Shown here one piece after another: positions 25,150-37,249 of a stretch of DNA of 64,000 bases. Below the pieces are notes generated by a model that did not search any database, was not told the DNA's origin, and worked only from the letters and a program-made list of their open reading frames with translations. Location: positions 44,342,402-44,406,401 of the forward strand of contig NC_068989.1 in the NCBI RefSeq assembly GCF_001194135.2, given 5' to 3'. This DNA is from Octopus bimaculoides. Its lineage: Eukaryota. A program made the translations under genes and the position numbers. Position 1 is the first letter of the stretch; each line of letters begins with the position of its first letter.

Positions 25150-26230
25150 ACCTCCATTTGCGTAGATCAGAGTGTTCTACTTTCCAGATTACATTTTCAC
25201 TGAATTTCTTTCATGTATTGTTCATACTTGGAGATTCCAAAATCTTCCATGAGGATGTTTTGTATTATGAGGATCCACGTCTCTTGAATCATTGAAATAT
25301 AATACTTTGTAAAGTCTAGCCGAAATGTAGTCTATTATTCTTCCCTTTTTTATAGGTTTCTAAATGTGATTGCTATGAATTTCATTTCGTTCATGACGAG
25401 GGCTGGTTCCACATCGCGGGACACTGGTTCTCCCTCTTATATATGGGTTCTTCCTCAACGGAAAGGATTTCTACGCAAGAGATATACCCCACCTCGCATA
25501 TTTAATACCTTCTTTCCCTGCAAGATCTTTTATAAGGAAGCTTGTTTACTCTAACGGACTCCATCTAGTCACTGTCCTAAGTGGATGGGGTGGTGCTGCT
25601 ATGAGGATGTACTTCCTGTCGTTTAGTATTTAGCTGTTATTGTTGCTGTTGCGGTGGGTCTTTCCTTGTTTTCGCTGGTTGTGACTGGAACAGAGGCCTT
25701 TGGGTCCCGGGGCTCTTCTAGTAATAAAGACGAAGCAATTTTATTTGTTAACTCACAAATTATGCTTGATGTCACCTTAGGACTGACAATCGCTGATTTT
25801 TTACTGTTGCTTTTGTTCTTTTAGACCTTCTGTTGAGAAAGCTTTTAGATAGATTTTGCTGCCAAATGTGTATTAACTGGGTCATCTACCTAGGGTATTG
25901 AGATTTAAGATGTTCCTCTTAACACTCTCTGCAGGAAATAGTTCTTGTATTGTTTTGTAAGTCCGTGCTGATCCCACCCAACCACGCATATCGTCAAATG
26001 TTATATGTGCGCTGACTAACTATCTTTATTATGCTACATAGATCCCTACTAACCAGTCGAATAAGGTCACCGATGTCCCTGACACTGAGCCTTGTGTTCT
26101 TTCTTCCCAAGTACTGTGGAACCAGCGCACGAACAAGTGTGTCGCAAACTATTTGAGTTTGTACTCACACTCCGTCCTCTGTTTTAAAGATAACACATGA
26201 TGTCTTATGCCCACCCTCTACTCACGAAGG
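25150..26230 (-). pseudogene. Old, stop-riddled copy of the ORF1-only (Gag-like) retroposon family
   Basis: Minus-strand translation LVPQYLGRKNTRLSVRDI aligns with LLPTYLGQRASRIRVEGI. GR*PS*YTFGSKIYLKAF aligns with the CCHC knuckle GRIPRCFKCGQKGHIRAKC. KYEQYMK aligns with the C-terminal KIYEQYLK at 34150. Confidence 0.6.
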
Positions 26231-28196
26231 ATATTTAAAATATATGTAACTGACGCATGTTAAAGTAAAATATCCTTTTTAAATTTTGCCATGGTTGTTG
26301 CACTCATCATCACGTATATGATGATGGCTGCAACTATCATGACAAAGACGACAATGTTGATATTGGCATGAAAACAGTAAAAATAAGAATACTGAAGGAA
26401 AGGACGACAACAAAATATAAATATACTTGTAGTTTTCAATACTAAGGCCGACTGAATATGATAGGTGCAGTCAGCAAGACAGACCACCTTCAAAAGAATT
26501 GTGAGAGTGGTCTGTCATGGTGCTTTGAAAAATCCATGAAAGGTGATTTTGAGGATAGTGCTAAAAAAAACTCTGTCCATACTTTAAACAATTATTTAAA
26601 GGAGACCTTTTGGATTGATTTACTGTATTTTTTCCTTTCTTTTAAACTAACAATCGATGTAAAAACATTCTCATCATCCCTGCAGTATTTCCTAGTTTAG
26701 TACCGTACTAAACACTCCCAACCATCTTTAGAATTTCGATTCTTTGGAATTTTCTTCCTACGGTATTTATCTCAACAGACATCAACCAGCTGCAATAACT
26801 TTACCAGTCCGTGGGGTTTTACGAAATTGATTGAGCCGTCCCTTCTTCAGGCAAAATAAAGCGTTAAAAAAACAAACTATTGTCTATAAATTCTTATCCA
26901 GGCCTTCAATTATCTCTAAATGTCAAATCCCCTGGAGTTCTCTCCTAGCACATTATAGAGGAGGTATCATTTAAAAAAAAAATTTATTCCGGATGAGGAA
27001 CTGAGACAAATTGTAAGTCATTTCAATTGATCAGCTGTCAAAACGACTTGGAGGTTATGGTCCATTAAATTGTCACTAGTTTCTAACTCTCTCATATTTA
27101 ATGGACATAAATGAATAAAATAATCTCGTTGGATTTGAACTCAGAACAGAAGATGACTAAGTTAGATACCATACGACATTTACTAAAATACTCTGTCGTC
27201 CCTGTTTCCTTGCTCATCTGTTTGATTTCATACTGATTGCTATCAGGAGGTCCTTTCCTCACTCCCAATATTTCAATTATTGATGTTTTAAGTAATCACA
27301 AAAGCTCTAAATTTCAAGAAAATCCTAGCAACTACTAGCTTTCTGTAAAGCTTAATAGAGTTCTTGTTTCTACATCTGAGATGCTGTTGCTGCAACATGT
27401 AGCCTATAGAAATGTCCTACACCACAAAGAAAAGCCACGTAACTAATTTGTATGAAGTCACTCACAAACATTTCAACCTCTCACGGATAGCCGTATATCT
27501 CTTCTTTGACTTTTCTATTAGTGTCTCCTCATCCTTGAGTATTATTGGATTCGTGCTACCATCATTCAGGTACTCTTGACTCATTTGTCTCTTTATCTCG
27601 TTACCTATGTTGTTTTCAAACTTCTAGGCCTTCAACTAGCCACTACATCCAGTTCTTTCTTCCAGAATCTCGGCCCTCTGGAATTTTCTCCCTCTGCATG
27701 TTTTTTTTTTCTCTGGTGGTGGTGTAAAAGATGAATGTTAATCGCATCGATCTCTTCGGTTTGGGAGGGCGTGCGGAAGCCATAGGAGTTACCTGTCCAG
27801 AACAAACAAATTTTAATCAGAAGTGTCTTGCGCTCACTTAAGGCTGCATCAAGACAAAAAGATCACTGTGTCGAGTACTCGGGATTCGACCTAAATGGCA
27901 GCGGGTATTGCCAAAGTCTTACATCCGTGGTTAGGTTGCTTAAATCCATTAACAGTTGGCGAGGATTAAAGACGGCACAGTAATATTGATAAATGACTTT
28001 TTGTACTGCTTGCAATTCCTCCTCGTAGTGGTAGGTGTTCCACTAAACACTTACTCTGCATAAAGATGAAGTGTTCAGGGTTACGTTATGTCCCAATTTC
28101 TTGTAACTGATACTAACTTATCCATAGCCGTCTAAACACTACGACGGAACCCCGGGCAAAGCAATGCATTTGGCCTTATAATATTTATTCATTGGC

Positions 28197-30060
28197 AAAG
28201 GCGGTGAGCTGGCAGAAACGTTAGGACGCCGGGCGAAATGCTTCCCGGTATTTTGTCTGCCTTTACGTTCTGAGCTCAAATTCCGTCGAGGTCGACTTTG
28301 CCTTTCATCCTTTTGGGATCGATAAATCAAGTACCAGTCGCGTACTGGCGTCGATCTAATCGGCTGGCACCTTCCCCCCAAATTTCGGTCCCTGTGCCTA
28401 GAGTAGAAAATATATATGTGTATATATATATATATATATATACGAGTATATATGTACACACACTTTGTTGGTTTATTATTAAAATATCATTAGTATCAGA
28501 AAAATTCCGCCGAGGTCGACTTTGCCTTTCATCCTCTCAAGGTCGATAAAATAAGTACCAGTTGAGTANNNNNNNNNNNNNNNNNNNNNNNNNNNNNNNN
28601 NNNNNNNNNNNNNNNNNNNNNNNNNNNNNNNNNNNNNNNNNNNNNNNNNNNNNNNNNNNNNNNNNNNNNNNNNNNNNNNNNNNNNNNNNNNNNNNNNNNN
28701 NNNNNNNNNNNNNNNNNNNNNNNNNNNNNNNNNNNNNNNNNNNNNNNNNNNNNNNNNNNNNNNNNNNNNNNNNNNNNNNNNNNNNNNNNNNNNNNNNNNN
28801 NNNNNNNNNNNNNNNNNNNNNNNNNNNNNNNNNNNNNNNNNNNNNNNNNNNNNNNNNNNNNNNNNNNNNNNNNNNNNNNNNNNNNNNNNNNNNNNNNNNN
28901 NNNNNNNNNNNNNNNNNNNNNNNNNNNNNNNTTCTTTCGGAGTCGATAAAGTAAGTACCAGTTGCGTGCTGGAGTTGACGTAATTGACTAGCCTCCTACC
29001 CATAAAATTTCGGGCCTTGTATTTCTAGTAGAAAAAAAAAAAAGGTATTAGTTGTGTTTGTTTTCAGTGCAAACTCATTGCGAAATCCGAGCCTTTATAA
29101 ACCTATAATTCTCTCTCTCTCTCTCTCCTCTACCAACACAGTTTTATAAATACTGACAACGAAAACACGATCTCTCTGCTTGAATTTAAAACCCGATAAA
29201 CTAGTAACGAAGATGTCAGAAAAATTCTCCCATTTTGAGTAATCAACCAGAAGCCATACGGTCAATGCAATTTGAAGCCAAACTAATTTGGGATGGATGA
29301 TGGAACTGAAAATAGAAAAGGATAAGAAAGAAATCTCTATTCTTGTCCACATGTGATGTTGAAGCCATTGTGAAAATTTAAATACATGCTTTTCCCGCCT
29401 ACTCCATATACAAATAGAAAAATGAATAATAACTGCAAAAAATTAATAACAACATAAATTGAAATTAATGGAAACCAAGCAACGCGACATTGAGTCATGA
29501 AATGCTATTATTTTAAGAATAACTTTGCAAGCAACATCTTTTAAATTCAATTAATTAATGGTAAACCCCGAGCAAGATATAATTAAACTGACTCCATGTC
29601 AGGATTGTGTTCTAGAAATATAAAAATGAAAGTGTTGGATTTCTTTTGCAATCATTCAGGTTTAGAATGTGGTAACTTAACATAATTAGCTGCAACAATA
29701 TAACACCGATGCTTCATTTGCTAACAGGAAAGCGAGCATTCACGAAGAAAATTTAGAAGTTAGTAAGAATTAATTGAACAATGATATAACTTCGGTGAAG
29801 CAATATCAATCACAATAGAAACAGCAGGAGCAAAGATACGTGTTTACTTCTTGTCATAATTGTGGTCAAAGCGGCGAACTAGCATAATCGTTAGTACACC
29901 AGACAAAATGGTTAGTGGCATTTCTTCCGGTTTTACGTTCTGAGCTCAAATTTTGCCGAGGTCGACTTTGCCTTTCATCTTTTCAGAGTCGATAAATTAA
30001 TTACCAGTCAAACACTGGTAATTGATGTAACCAATTAGACCCATCTCCCGAAATTTCAGT
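28197..30060 (+). mobile_element. SINE type M copies (28197-28410, 28490-28568, 28931-29030, 29865-30060)
   Basis: Head GGCGGTGAGCTGGCAGAA, core and tails. Confidence 0.85.
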
Positions 30061-30758
30061 AAAAAAAATTAAAAAAAAAAAAAAAGGAATTTTTATTAAA
30101 GCACATTAAATGAGTCTCGTCTCGAAAAAAGATTGCTTATATCTGATTTACGAAATATTTATTCGGAGTTTTCTAGCGTTAATCCAGGGCTACCAGATGT
30201 AGGGGAGGTGTTTCATCAGTGGTTTCATTTTATTCTGCAGTTTTCTGCTTCCACCTGGTCTATTTCCTGCTTCAGTTTTGACTAGCCACATTGTAAAAAA
30301 TATTAGTATAGATTAATGTTCATAGTGTCTTGTAGAAACGGTGCCTTCTCTGCCATTCACAAGCCTAACATGAGTGTAATTTGTATTAACCTCTAAAAAT
30401 TCGAACTGCTGGTGGAACTAGCGATTCAAATTTTGAATTACGTACACGATGAGGGGAAAAAACCGTACCAGGTTCGAAAATTCAAGCAGCGAATATAGTT
30501 TTATTACTTCCACCTTAGAGAAGGCGGTGGTATTGTTTTCAGTCGTTTTTGTTTGTTTGTTTGCTTGCCCGTGGACAAGATATCTCCAGAACCGCTGGAT
30601 GGATTCAGATGAAACTTTCAGGGATGCTTGATTTTTTATTACCCATAACGAGCCAACAAAGAGGGACATACATCACATTGGGGACATAAAACGTATGATA
30701 TAATGAAAGAGGAAAAAATGTGAAATGAAAATGGTGTTACTTGCCCCATCAAGTAACA

Positions 30759-30867
30759 ACACGTGTCTGTGGAGTGCTCAGCCACTTGCACGTTAATTTC
30801 ACTAGCAGGCTGTTCCGTTGATCAGATCAACTGGAACCCTCGTCGTCGTAACCGACGGAGTGCCAAC
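30759..30867 (+). mobile_element. 5'-truncated OR1-like SINE nested in the retroposon 3' UTR
   Basis: Matches 3565-3671; 9-bp TSD CAAGTAACA at 30750-30758 and 30868-30876. Confidence 0.9.
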
Positions 30868-30926
30868 CAAGTAACATCACTTGCTTCGTTTTCTCTGTTC
30901 TCCATTATGTCTACCCCATACCTTTT

Positions 30927-32163
30927 TTAAAGTTCTTTATATTCTATAAACTGTGATAGTTTTTCTTTGTTAAAGTCTACTATCCACAGTTCACATTCCT
31001 CTTTGTGTCTCTTTATTTCCATCCTTTGCTGTTCCGTTATTAACAGAACCGTGCCTTCCACTCTATCTTCATTCTCTACATCAACATGAACTGTGTTTTC
31101 CCATTCAATTGCCCTTTCAAACAGTTCATCATCATATATTACACACGCAAAACAACCAATGGGAGGAGAAGTTTGTGTATCATTGTGTGAAAGTGTTCTT
31201 TTCTTTTGCTTTAGTGATAGAGGGGAGTGGGAATGCTTAGTGTCTCCAGGGCGAGGGTGGGACAAAGAGGGTATAGGTGGGCCTTGAGTAATTGTAGGGT
31301 GAAGTTCTGTATGTGTTGGACTTATCTTTTTTCTCTTCTCTTTCTTTTCCCGGTATTTTCCCATTCTTCCTCTTCTTTTTCTGTTTCTACTGGTACCATT
31401 TTTCCCTCCTCTTGCCCATCCTGAGGTTTCTCTTGTGGCTTCTCCTGGGGAACTTCTTGCATTTCTTCAGCTTCTTTATCCGGTGGAGGGCATTTCGCTC
31501 TTATGTGGCCCTTCTGGCCACATTTAAAACAGCGAGGGATTCTGCCCTCCACCCTTACATTCATTATAGTTTCATTCACTGTCACCGTTTCAACTATTTT
31601 TCCTATCGCTTCTTTTGAACCTTGAATAATCATATTCAAGATTTGGCCTTTCCAATTCACACTTTTCGTGACCTGGAGCACCACTATCTTGTCCAAGACA
31701 GCAGTTGCTATCCAGGCCACATCTATCTCTGGTGGAATTCCTTCCACCCTTATCCGAGACGCTCTCTGCCCCAGGTACGTGGGTAGAAGTACTAACTCTT
31801 CTTTAGTGATGTTGCCGAGTGTTTTTTTCGCCGTGTTTTCATTTTTGAACCTGACCTCAACTTCTCCGAATATTGACCCTCTGGCAAGATATGTGATGTC
31901 TTGCCAGATTGGCCTCAGCTCCTTCTCCACTTGTTCTATTGTCATATGGTCAATTTTTCCCTTCTTAATTGAGTAGGTTTTGTATGTCACCGTTCTTCCT
32001 TTCATTATTTTGTTGTTTCTTGCGGGGGTGGGGTTACTTGCACGTTGTAACCGTCCCGACTTAAAAGCTTCTTGTATTTTCCCATTTCGATCTCAACTTT
32101 ATCATCCGATTCTCGGGCGACGTCTACGAACTTCCTATTTCTTCCTTCCAATTCCTTATCCAT
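30927..32163 (-). pseudogene. Gag/ORF1p-like protein of about 410 aa: RRM-like region, one CCHC zinc knuckle, E/K-rich linker, unique C-terminal domain; two frameshifts (about 32020 and in an A-run near 31330)
   Basis: ORFs 31322-32005 (FGEVEVRF, LLPTYLG, VEGIPPEI, VEGRIPRCFKCGQKGHIRAKC) and 30927-31364, plus an upstream frame MDKELEGRNRKFV...VQVTHP. Confidence 0.85.
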
Positions 32164-32576
32164 AACTTCTATAGTTCTTAGTAGTTCTTTTTCAGATGCT
32201 GACAGCTCCGACCCGCTAAGGTCTGATTAAGACATTTTTTGACTTGCCATACTCCCCTCAAAACGCTGAGGAACAGTACAACCATACACACCGCTGCAAT
32301 GCAGCACAAAACGAATCACAATACTTTTCAATAAACAATAGGAATCACGTACTTTCAGGGATGTTTTGCCTCGTGACTGGCACGAACCGATTAGATTTTG
32401 GAATCGATCCGGTACCGGACAAAGATTCTGGATTATTTTTCTTGTTTTTTACTTCATTTTTGAGAGGGGTCGGGTTCATTTTTAGTATTCTCGTTTGTGA
32501 GAGCAGTTGAGTTTATTTCAGATATTCTCATTTTAAAAATCATCTCCAGCTAATCGTTGATAGGACGTTGCTGTTG

Positions 32577-34440
32577 TCGTTGGTGTTTCGTTTGGGTCAG
32601 TTGGGTTGGGGTGTGTGCGCTCCATGTGAGTGCTGTTGTTGTTTGACTGTTGTTTGCTGAATTGTTGGATTGTTGANNNNNNNNNNNNNNNNNNNNNNNN
32701 NNNNNNNNNNNNNNNNNNNNNNNNNNNNNNNNNNNNNNNNNNNNNNNNNNNNNNNNNNNNNNNNNNNNNNNNNNNNNNNNNNNNNNNNNNNNNNNNNNNN
32801 NNNNNNNNNNNNNNNNNNNNNNNNNNNNNNNNNNNNNNNNNNNNNNNNNNNNNNNNNNNNNNNNNNNNNNNNNNNNNNNNNNNNNNNNNNNNNNNNNNNN
32901 NNNNNNNNNNNNNNNNNNNNNNNNNNNNNNNNNNNNNNNNNNNNNNNNNNNNNNNNNNNNNNNNNNNNNNNNNNNNNNNNNNNNNNNNNNNNNNNNNNNN
33001 NNNNNNNNNNNNNNNNNNNNNNNNNNNNNNNNNNNNNNNNNNNNNNNNNNNNNNNNNNNNNNNNNNNNNNNNNNNNNNNNNNNNNNNNNTGGCTGGTGGT
33101 GGCCGTCCTCTTCAGCGCAGGGGGGCCCACTGAGATGTTGAGAGCATCAAGAGCTGCGGAGGTGGACTGGTGGGGGTCTGGACTGGAGGTGTTGGTCCGT
33201 GTGGGCTTGCCGGACCTCCACAAGATTGCGGGGGGGCTGGTGCTGCCGGGCGAAGCAGGGTTGGGAGTGGTGGTTGAGGGAAGACCGCCTGTATGTTTAC
33301 TATGCGGGGTGGGAGCATGAGGGCTGGGTGTCCCCAGAAGCGCGAGGAGGAGGAGGTGGAGAAAGAGTATCAGGAGGAAGAGGGTGCAACCGTGGAGGAG
33401 GAGAAATTGGAAGAGCAATATACAGTGGTAAAAAGAAAGAAGAGTAATGACTCACCACCAAAATGTCCGAGGAAGAAAAGAAAGGCAAGAGGAGAGGGGA
33501 AGCAGAGTGAAAAACAAGAGAATACAAATGAGAAGAGAAAAAAATGAAAAGACAACAAAAGTGAGGAACGAACGCAGAGACCATCAACTAGCAAGGAGGA
33601 AAGAGTACAGAAGAGAAAGGAAAATGAAAGAGAGACGATAGCAATACAGAATGAGAGACAGACATAGATAGAAATGCCAGCGACAGAGGACGGGATTGGT
33701 GAAGAGAGAAGGAGAGTGACACCAAAAGGGAGAAACCTGAGAACAATGGTGCAATACCCAAAAGGTGTAGAGATAGAGAAGAGAATTGCCAAGATGAAGA
33801 ACGTTATCAGAGTGAAATTAGCGGCCAAAGAGTATAGCGAAGGTTTTAAAGCTATTTTGCTGGAAAAAGAAAGAGGAGAGAAATTGAAGGAGTTGTTTGG
33901 TGAAAGAATAAAGATGACAGGAATACCAATTGGTTACGACGAATTGCCGCCGGTGGTGGCCTTCGAAGAGTTAATAGAGTATATGTTATAAACCAACAGA
34001 AGCAAAACCGATATGAACTGTTCATTTAAAAACAGTAAAATGGACTACCTGCTTATGGGGTGTAGGTAAGCGGGTTGACGAGCCGGTGTGCTATGATACC
34101 CTGCCGCCCGTGGTGGAACACGAAGAGTTGAAAAATTTTAGAGAAAAATATAAAATATATGAACAATATTTAAAAAAATGAAGATGTGAACTATTTACTT
34201 AAAAAAAAAACGGGAAAAAAAAAGAAAAATCTCCAAAATAATGACTAAATGTAACCACTCGACTCCAGGGATCGAGTGGGCATTGCGCCTCATTTTATCA
34301 TTTTCATATTCTCATTCGTTCTTTTAAGTTTTTTCTTCCTTGCTCGATTTCTTTTTGTATTCTTATTTCCCTGATTATATGTTTTACGTTGTCTTTGTAA
34401 TGTGTAAACTCTATTTTAGCCCCTTGTGGGTAATAAAAAT
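32577..34440 (+). mobile_element. ORF1-only retroposon, second lineage (5' part in a gap), with a chimeric 3' end
   Basis: VVVEGRPPVCLLCGVG.HEGWV is a degenerate knuckle (33250-33330); E/K linker; C-terminal ORF 33674-33991; 3' end TTTAGCCCCTTGTGGGTAATAAAAAT. Confidence 0.8.
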
Positions 34441-34444
34441 CGAG

Positions 34445-35432
34445 TACGTCGCCGTCTCAGAGTAACAACTTGTTTGTTTGAGTCTCATCATTTTTGACCA
34501 CGGTTGGACTGTTGAGTGTGAGGCCATATGAGGACGCAGTGTCCGAAGCACAACCCTTCTCAGAATGGGAAGGCTGTGGAGAAAGACAAAGAAGAAGTGG
34601 AAATTGGAGTACAAATTGAAGCAATGAAAGACGGAGACGGCAAAAGCGATACGAAGTGTGCCAGAGATACAGAAGCAATAAAGACGAAGGAAGACGGAAC
34701 GAAAGCGGCAAAGGAGGGGAGTGACGGGTTTGTCTGCCTCAAAATGAGGGAAAAGGCGAAATCAAGAGAACACTCGCAAGGACCTGCAGCAGAAACAGAG
34801 AGGACGTCTAAAAAAAGGTAGGGAGCCGCCTAAATTCAAGCATACGCATACAGTAGAGAGGGAACCAAGAGAGAAAGAATTTAGATATAAGACACTTTTA
34901 GTCTACTACGAAAAGATTGTGGAAAGGAGAATATCCAAGTGGAAGGGATTAGTAAGGGTAAAGCTAACCAGGAAGAAATTCAAGGGGGATGAAAGGTGTG
35001 TTCTATTGAATGACGATAGATATGACGTGTTCATGGATTCATATGGAGAACAGGTAACTATGGTTGACTGGCCGGTGCGGTATGATACCCTATCGGTCGT
35101 GGTGTAACATGAAGAGTTTAAAAATTTTAGAAAAAAATATAAAATATGATATGAACAATATTTTTTAAAAAATGAAGATGTGAACTTTTTGATTTTAAAA
35201 AAAAGGGGGAAAAAGAGGGAAAACTGTCCAAAATAATGATTAAATGTAACCACTCGACTTCGGGGGTCGAGTGGGCATTGCACTTCTTTTTTTATTCATT
35301 TTCATATTTTCATTCGTTCTTTTTTTTTTCTTCCTTATTCGATTTCTTTCTGCCTTTTTATTTCCCCGATTATGTGTTTTGTTTTGTCTTTGTAATGTAT
35401 AACTTCTATTTTTAGCCCCTTGTGGGTAATAA
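34445..35432 (+). mobile_element. ORF1-only retroposon, internally deleted copy, in tandem
   Basis: Charged linker at 34530-34820; C-terminal domain ERRISKWKGLVRVKL..PVRYDTL, homologous to 33674-33991; 3' UTR highly similar to 34085-34440. Confidence 0.8.
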
Positions 35433-35825
35433 ACAATTAAAGATATTGGTGTTGCCTTGGCAGAGGAGTGCTCTTGTTTTAAAAATGTTATTGTTGTAAG
35501 ACAACTTGTTGAAAATTATGTGATCTATCATAAAAACAGGCAGTTTTATCTCGGAATCAGAGATATTCTTTAGGAAATAGGCGATAACCCTAAGGACATA
35601 GAAACAGAGAAGGTAAAAAAACAAAAATGGTAAAGACGTTATTCATAGTAGCTTGGTTTATTGTATTCATTCGAACAATAAACTAAGTTTGCTCAAAACT
35701 TTAGATTTTCGGAAGCCACAAGTTACAATACCTGTTCAGCTAGTAAAGCTTGGGAAATAATTTTCTTTGATTAGTCACGTATAAAATATATTGAAAACAT
35801 TCTCATAATTATTGATTCATTTTAC

Positions 35826-35862
35826 CTGTGGGCTGAAGTTTTCCATTGTTTTGATATGAATC
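35826..35862 (-). other. Candidate 37-nt exon of an unidentified host transcript, with a possible downstream acceptor at 35589
   Basis: TTCTCTTTGCACTTTACTGTTTCAAG acceptor and CAG|GTAAAA donor; 236 nt further on, a strong acceptor TTTTACCTTCTCTGTTTCTATGTCCTTAG. Reading frame unresolved. Confidence 0.3.
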
Positions 35863-36129
35863 TTGAAACAGTAAAGTGCAAAGAGAATACTTCCAAAATG
35901 TTCAAATGTCTAAAAATGGTTTTGGGTCTGCCCCAGTTCAGAAAATTTTAACTAAAGTAGACTCACCTAAATATCATCTCAAACTGAATGGCGCTTCGAA
36001 CGGATCAACTCATTCAATAAAGCAAACAGTAAAATATTAATCATCTCAAAACTAATAACTTTGATGCTAATTGTGAAAGTTACTTTTTAATTACAGAAAT
36101 GACATAATAAGAGGAAAATGCTTTCAGCA

Positions 36130-36660
36130 ATAATAACAGCAAATAATATTAATCCTTTCTACTATAGACACAAGGCCTGAAATTTGGAGGAGGGGGATAG
36201 TCGATTACATCGACCTCAGTGTTCCACTGGTACCTAATTTATCGACCCCGAAAGGATGAAAGGCAAGGTCGACCTTGGCGGAATTTGAACTCAAAACGTA
36301 AAAACAGATGAAATGCCGCTAAGCATTTCCCCCGGCGTGTTAACGATTCTGCCAGCTCGCTGTCTTAATAATAATAATTCTTTCTACTAAAAGTACAAGG
36401 CCTGAAATTTGGTGGGAGGAGACTAGTCGATTACATCGACCCCAGTGTTTCACTGGTAATTAATTTATCGGCCCCGAAAGGATGAAAGGCAAAGTCGACC
36501 TCGGCGGAATTTGAACTCAGAACTTAAAGACGGACGAAATGTCGCTTAGCTTTTTGTCCGGCGTTCTAACGATTCTGCCAGTTCGCCGCCTTCTTAGTAA
36601 TAATAATGGCTTCAAATTTTGGTAGAAGGTCAGCAATTTCAGGGGAGGGAGTAAGTCGAT
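36130..36660 (-). mobile_element. Two head-to-tail SINE type M copies plus a third tail
   Basis: 36130-36365 and 36370-36592 are near-complete copies. Confidence 0.9.
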
Positions 36661-37249
36661 TCGGAAGAAGTCTACGAGTCGCTGTAAACCCATGTTTCAA
36701 AAATGTGAAAACAGCCTTCATGTAATCATAAGCTGATATCATCTGCTCCCTGCTGAGAATTCAATTGTTCGTGCTCAGCTAGCTAGCTAGCTAGATAGAT
36801 AGATATCATTATTGTTATGTGTAATTCAAAGACTTTTATATAGTCCTTTATTGCTTAGTTAAGCCTAGAATCGATTGTTTGAAGTTGTTTAAACAGCGAG
36901 CATCATCGTTGACGTGAACTGATGAAATGATTGATACAAGCTCTGTAAAAGAACATGTGATAACATTATGTCGATGCCATTGAAGATGATCAGTCAGAGA
37001 TTAGTCGTGACACAATACCTGATCAAGTAGTATAAATTAAATTACCAATGACTAACAATTCAAAGAGTTCCTACACACGATTTGGAATACGTAAAAACCT
37101 TCAGGTTTGCTGCTATTATCGTTAAGTACCACTCGAGTCAAAGTATTGCTTGCAGGCCGTAGCCATCGCTCATTATAGTCGGCAGAACACCGAATTGTGT
37201 GACTTTTGCGGACTTTCTTCTTTCTTTATTTATTTGACACGTTGCACCT

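Larger units (their letters stand above)
30627..32350 (-). mobile_element. Complete ORF1-only non-autonomous retroposon (about 1.6 kb net) with 13-bp TSD
   Basis: TSD ACTTTCAGGGATG at 30614-30626 and 32351-32363; 5' UTR; a single Gag-like reading frame from ATG 32163 to stop 30927; 3' UTR ending GCTCGTTATGGGTAATAAAAAATCAAG; no endonuclease or RT sequence. Confidence 0.9.
30502..35478 (+). mobile_element. Non-autonomous Helentron/HINE-like element (about 380 bp) split into three pieces: 30502-30626, 32351-about 32576, and about 35441-35478
   Basis: 5' TTACTTCCACC...GAAGGCGGTGG, (GTTT)n tract and GATGAAACTTTCAGGGATG; resumes after the TSD at 32351; 3' end GTTGCCTTGGCAGAGGAGTGCTCTTGTT is typical of these elements. 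Joining the pieces partly relies on recalled consensus. Confidence 0.6.

Noticed and set aside
35441-35478. GC-type donor closing a 134-nt coding exon (…KTRALLCQG)
   Set aside because: This stretch is the antisense of the Helentron-like element's 3' end, so the peptide tail is probably repeat-derived.
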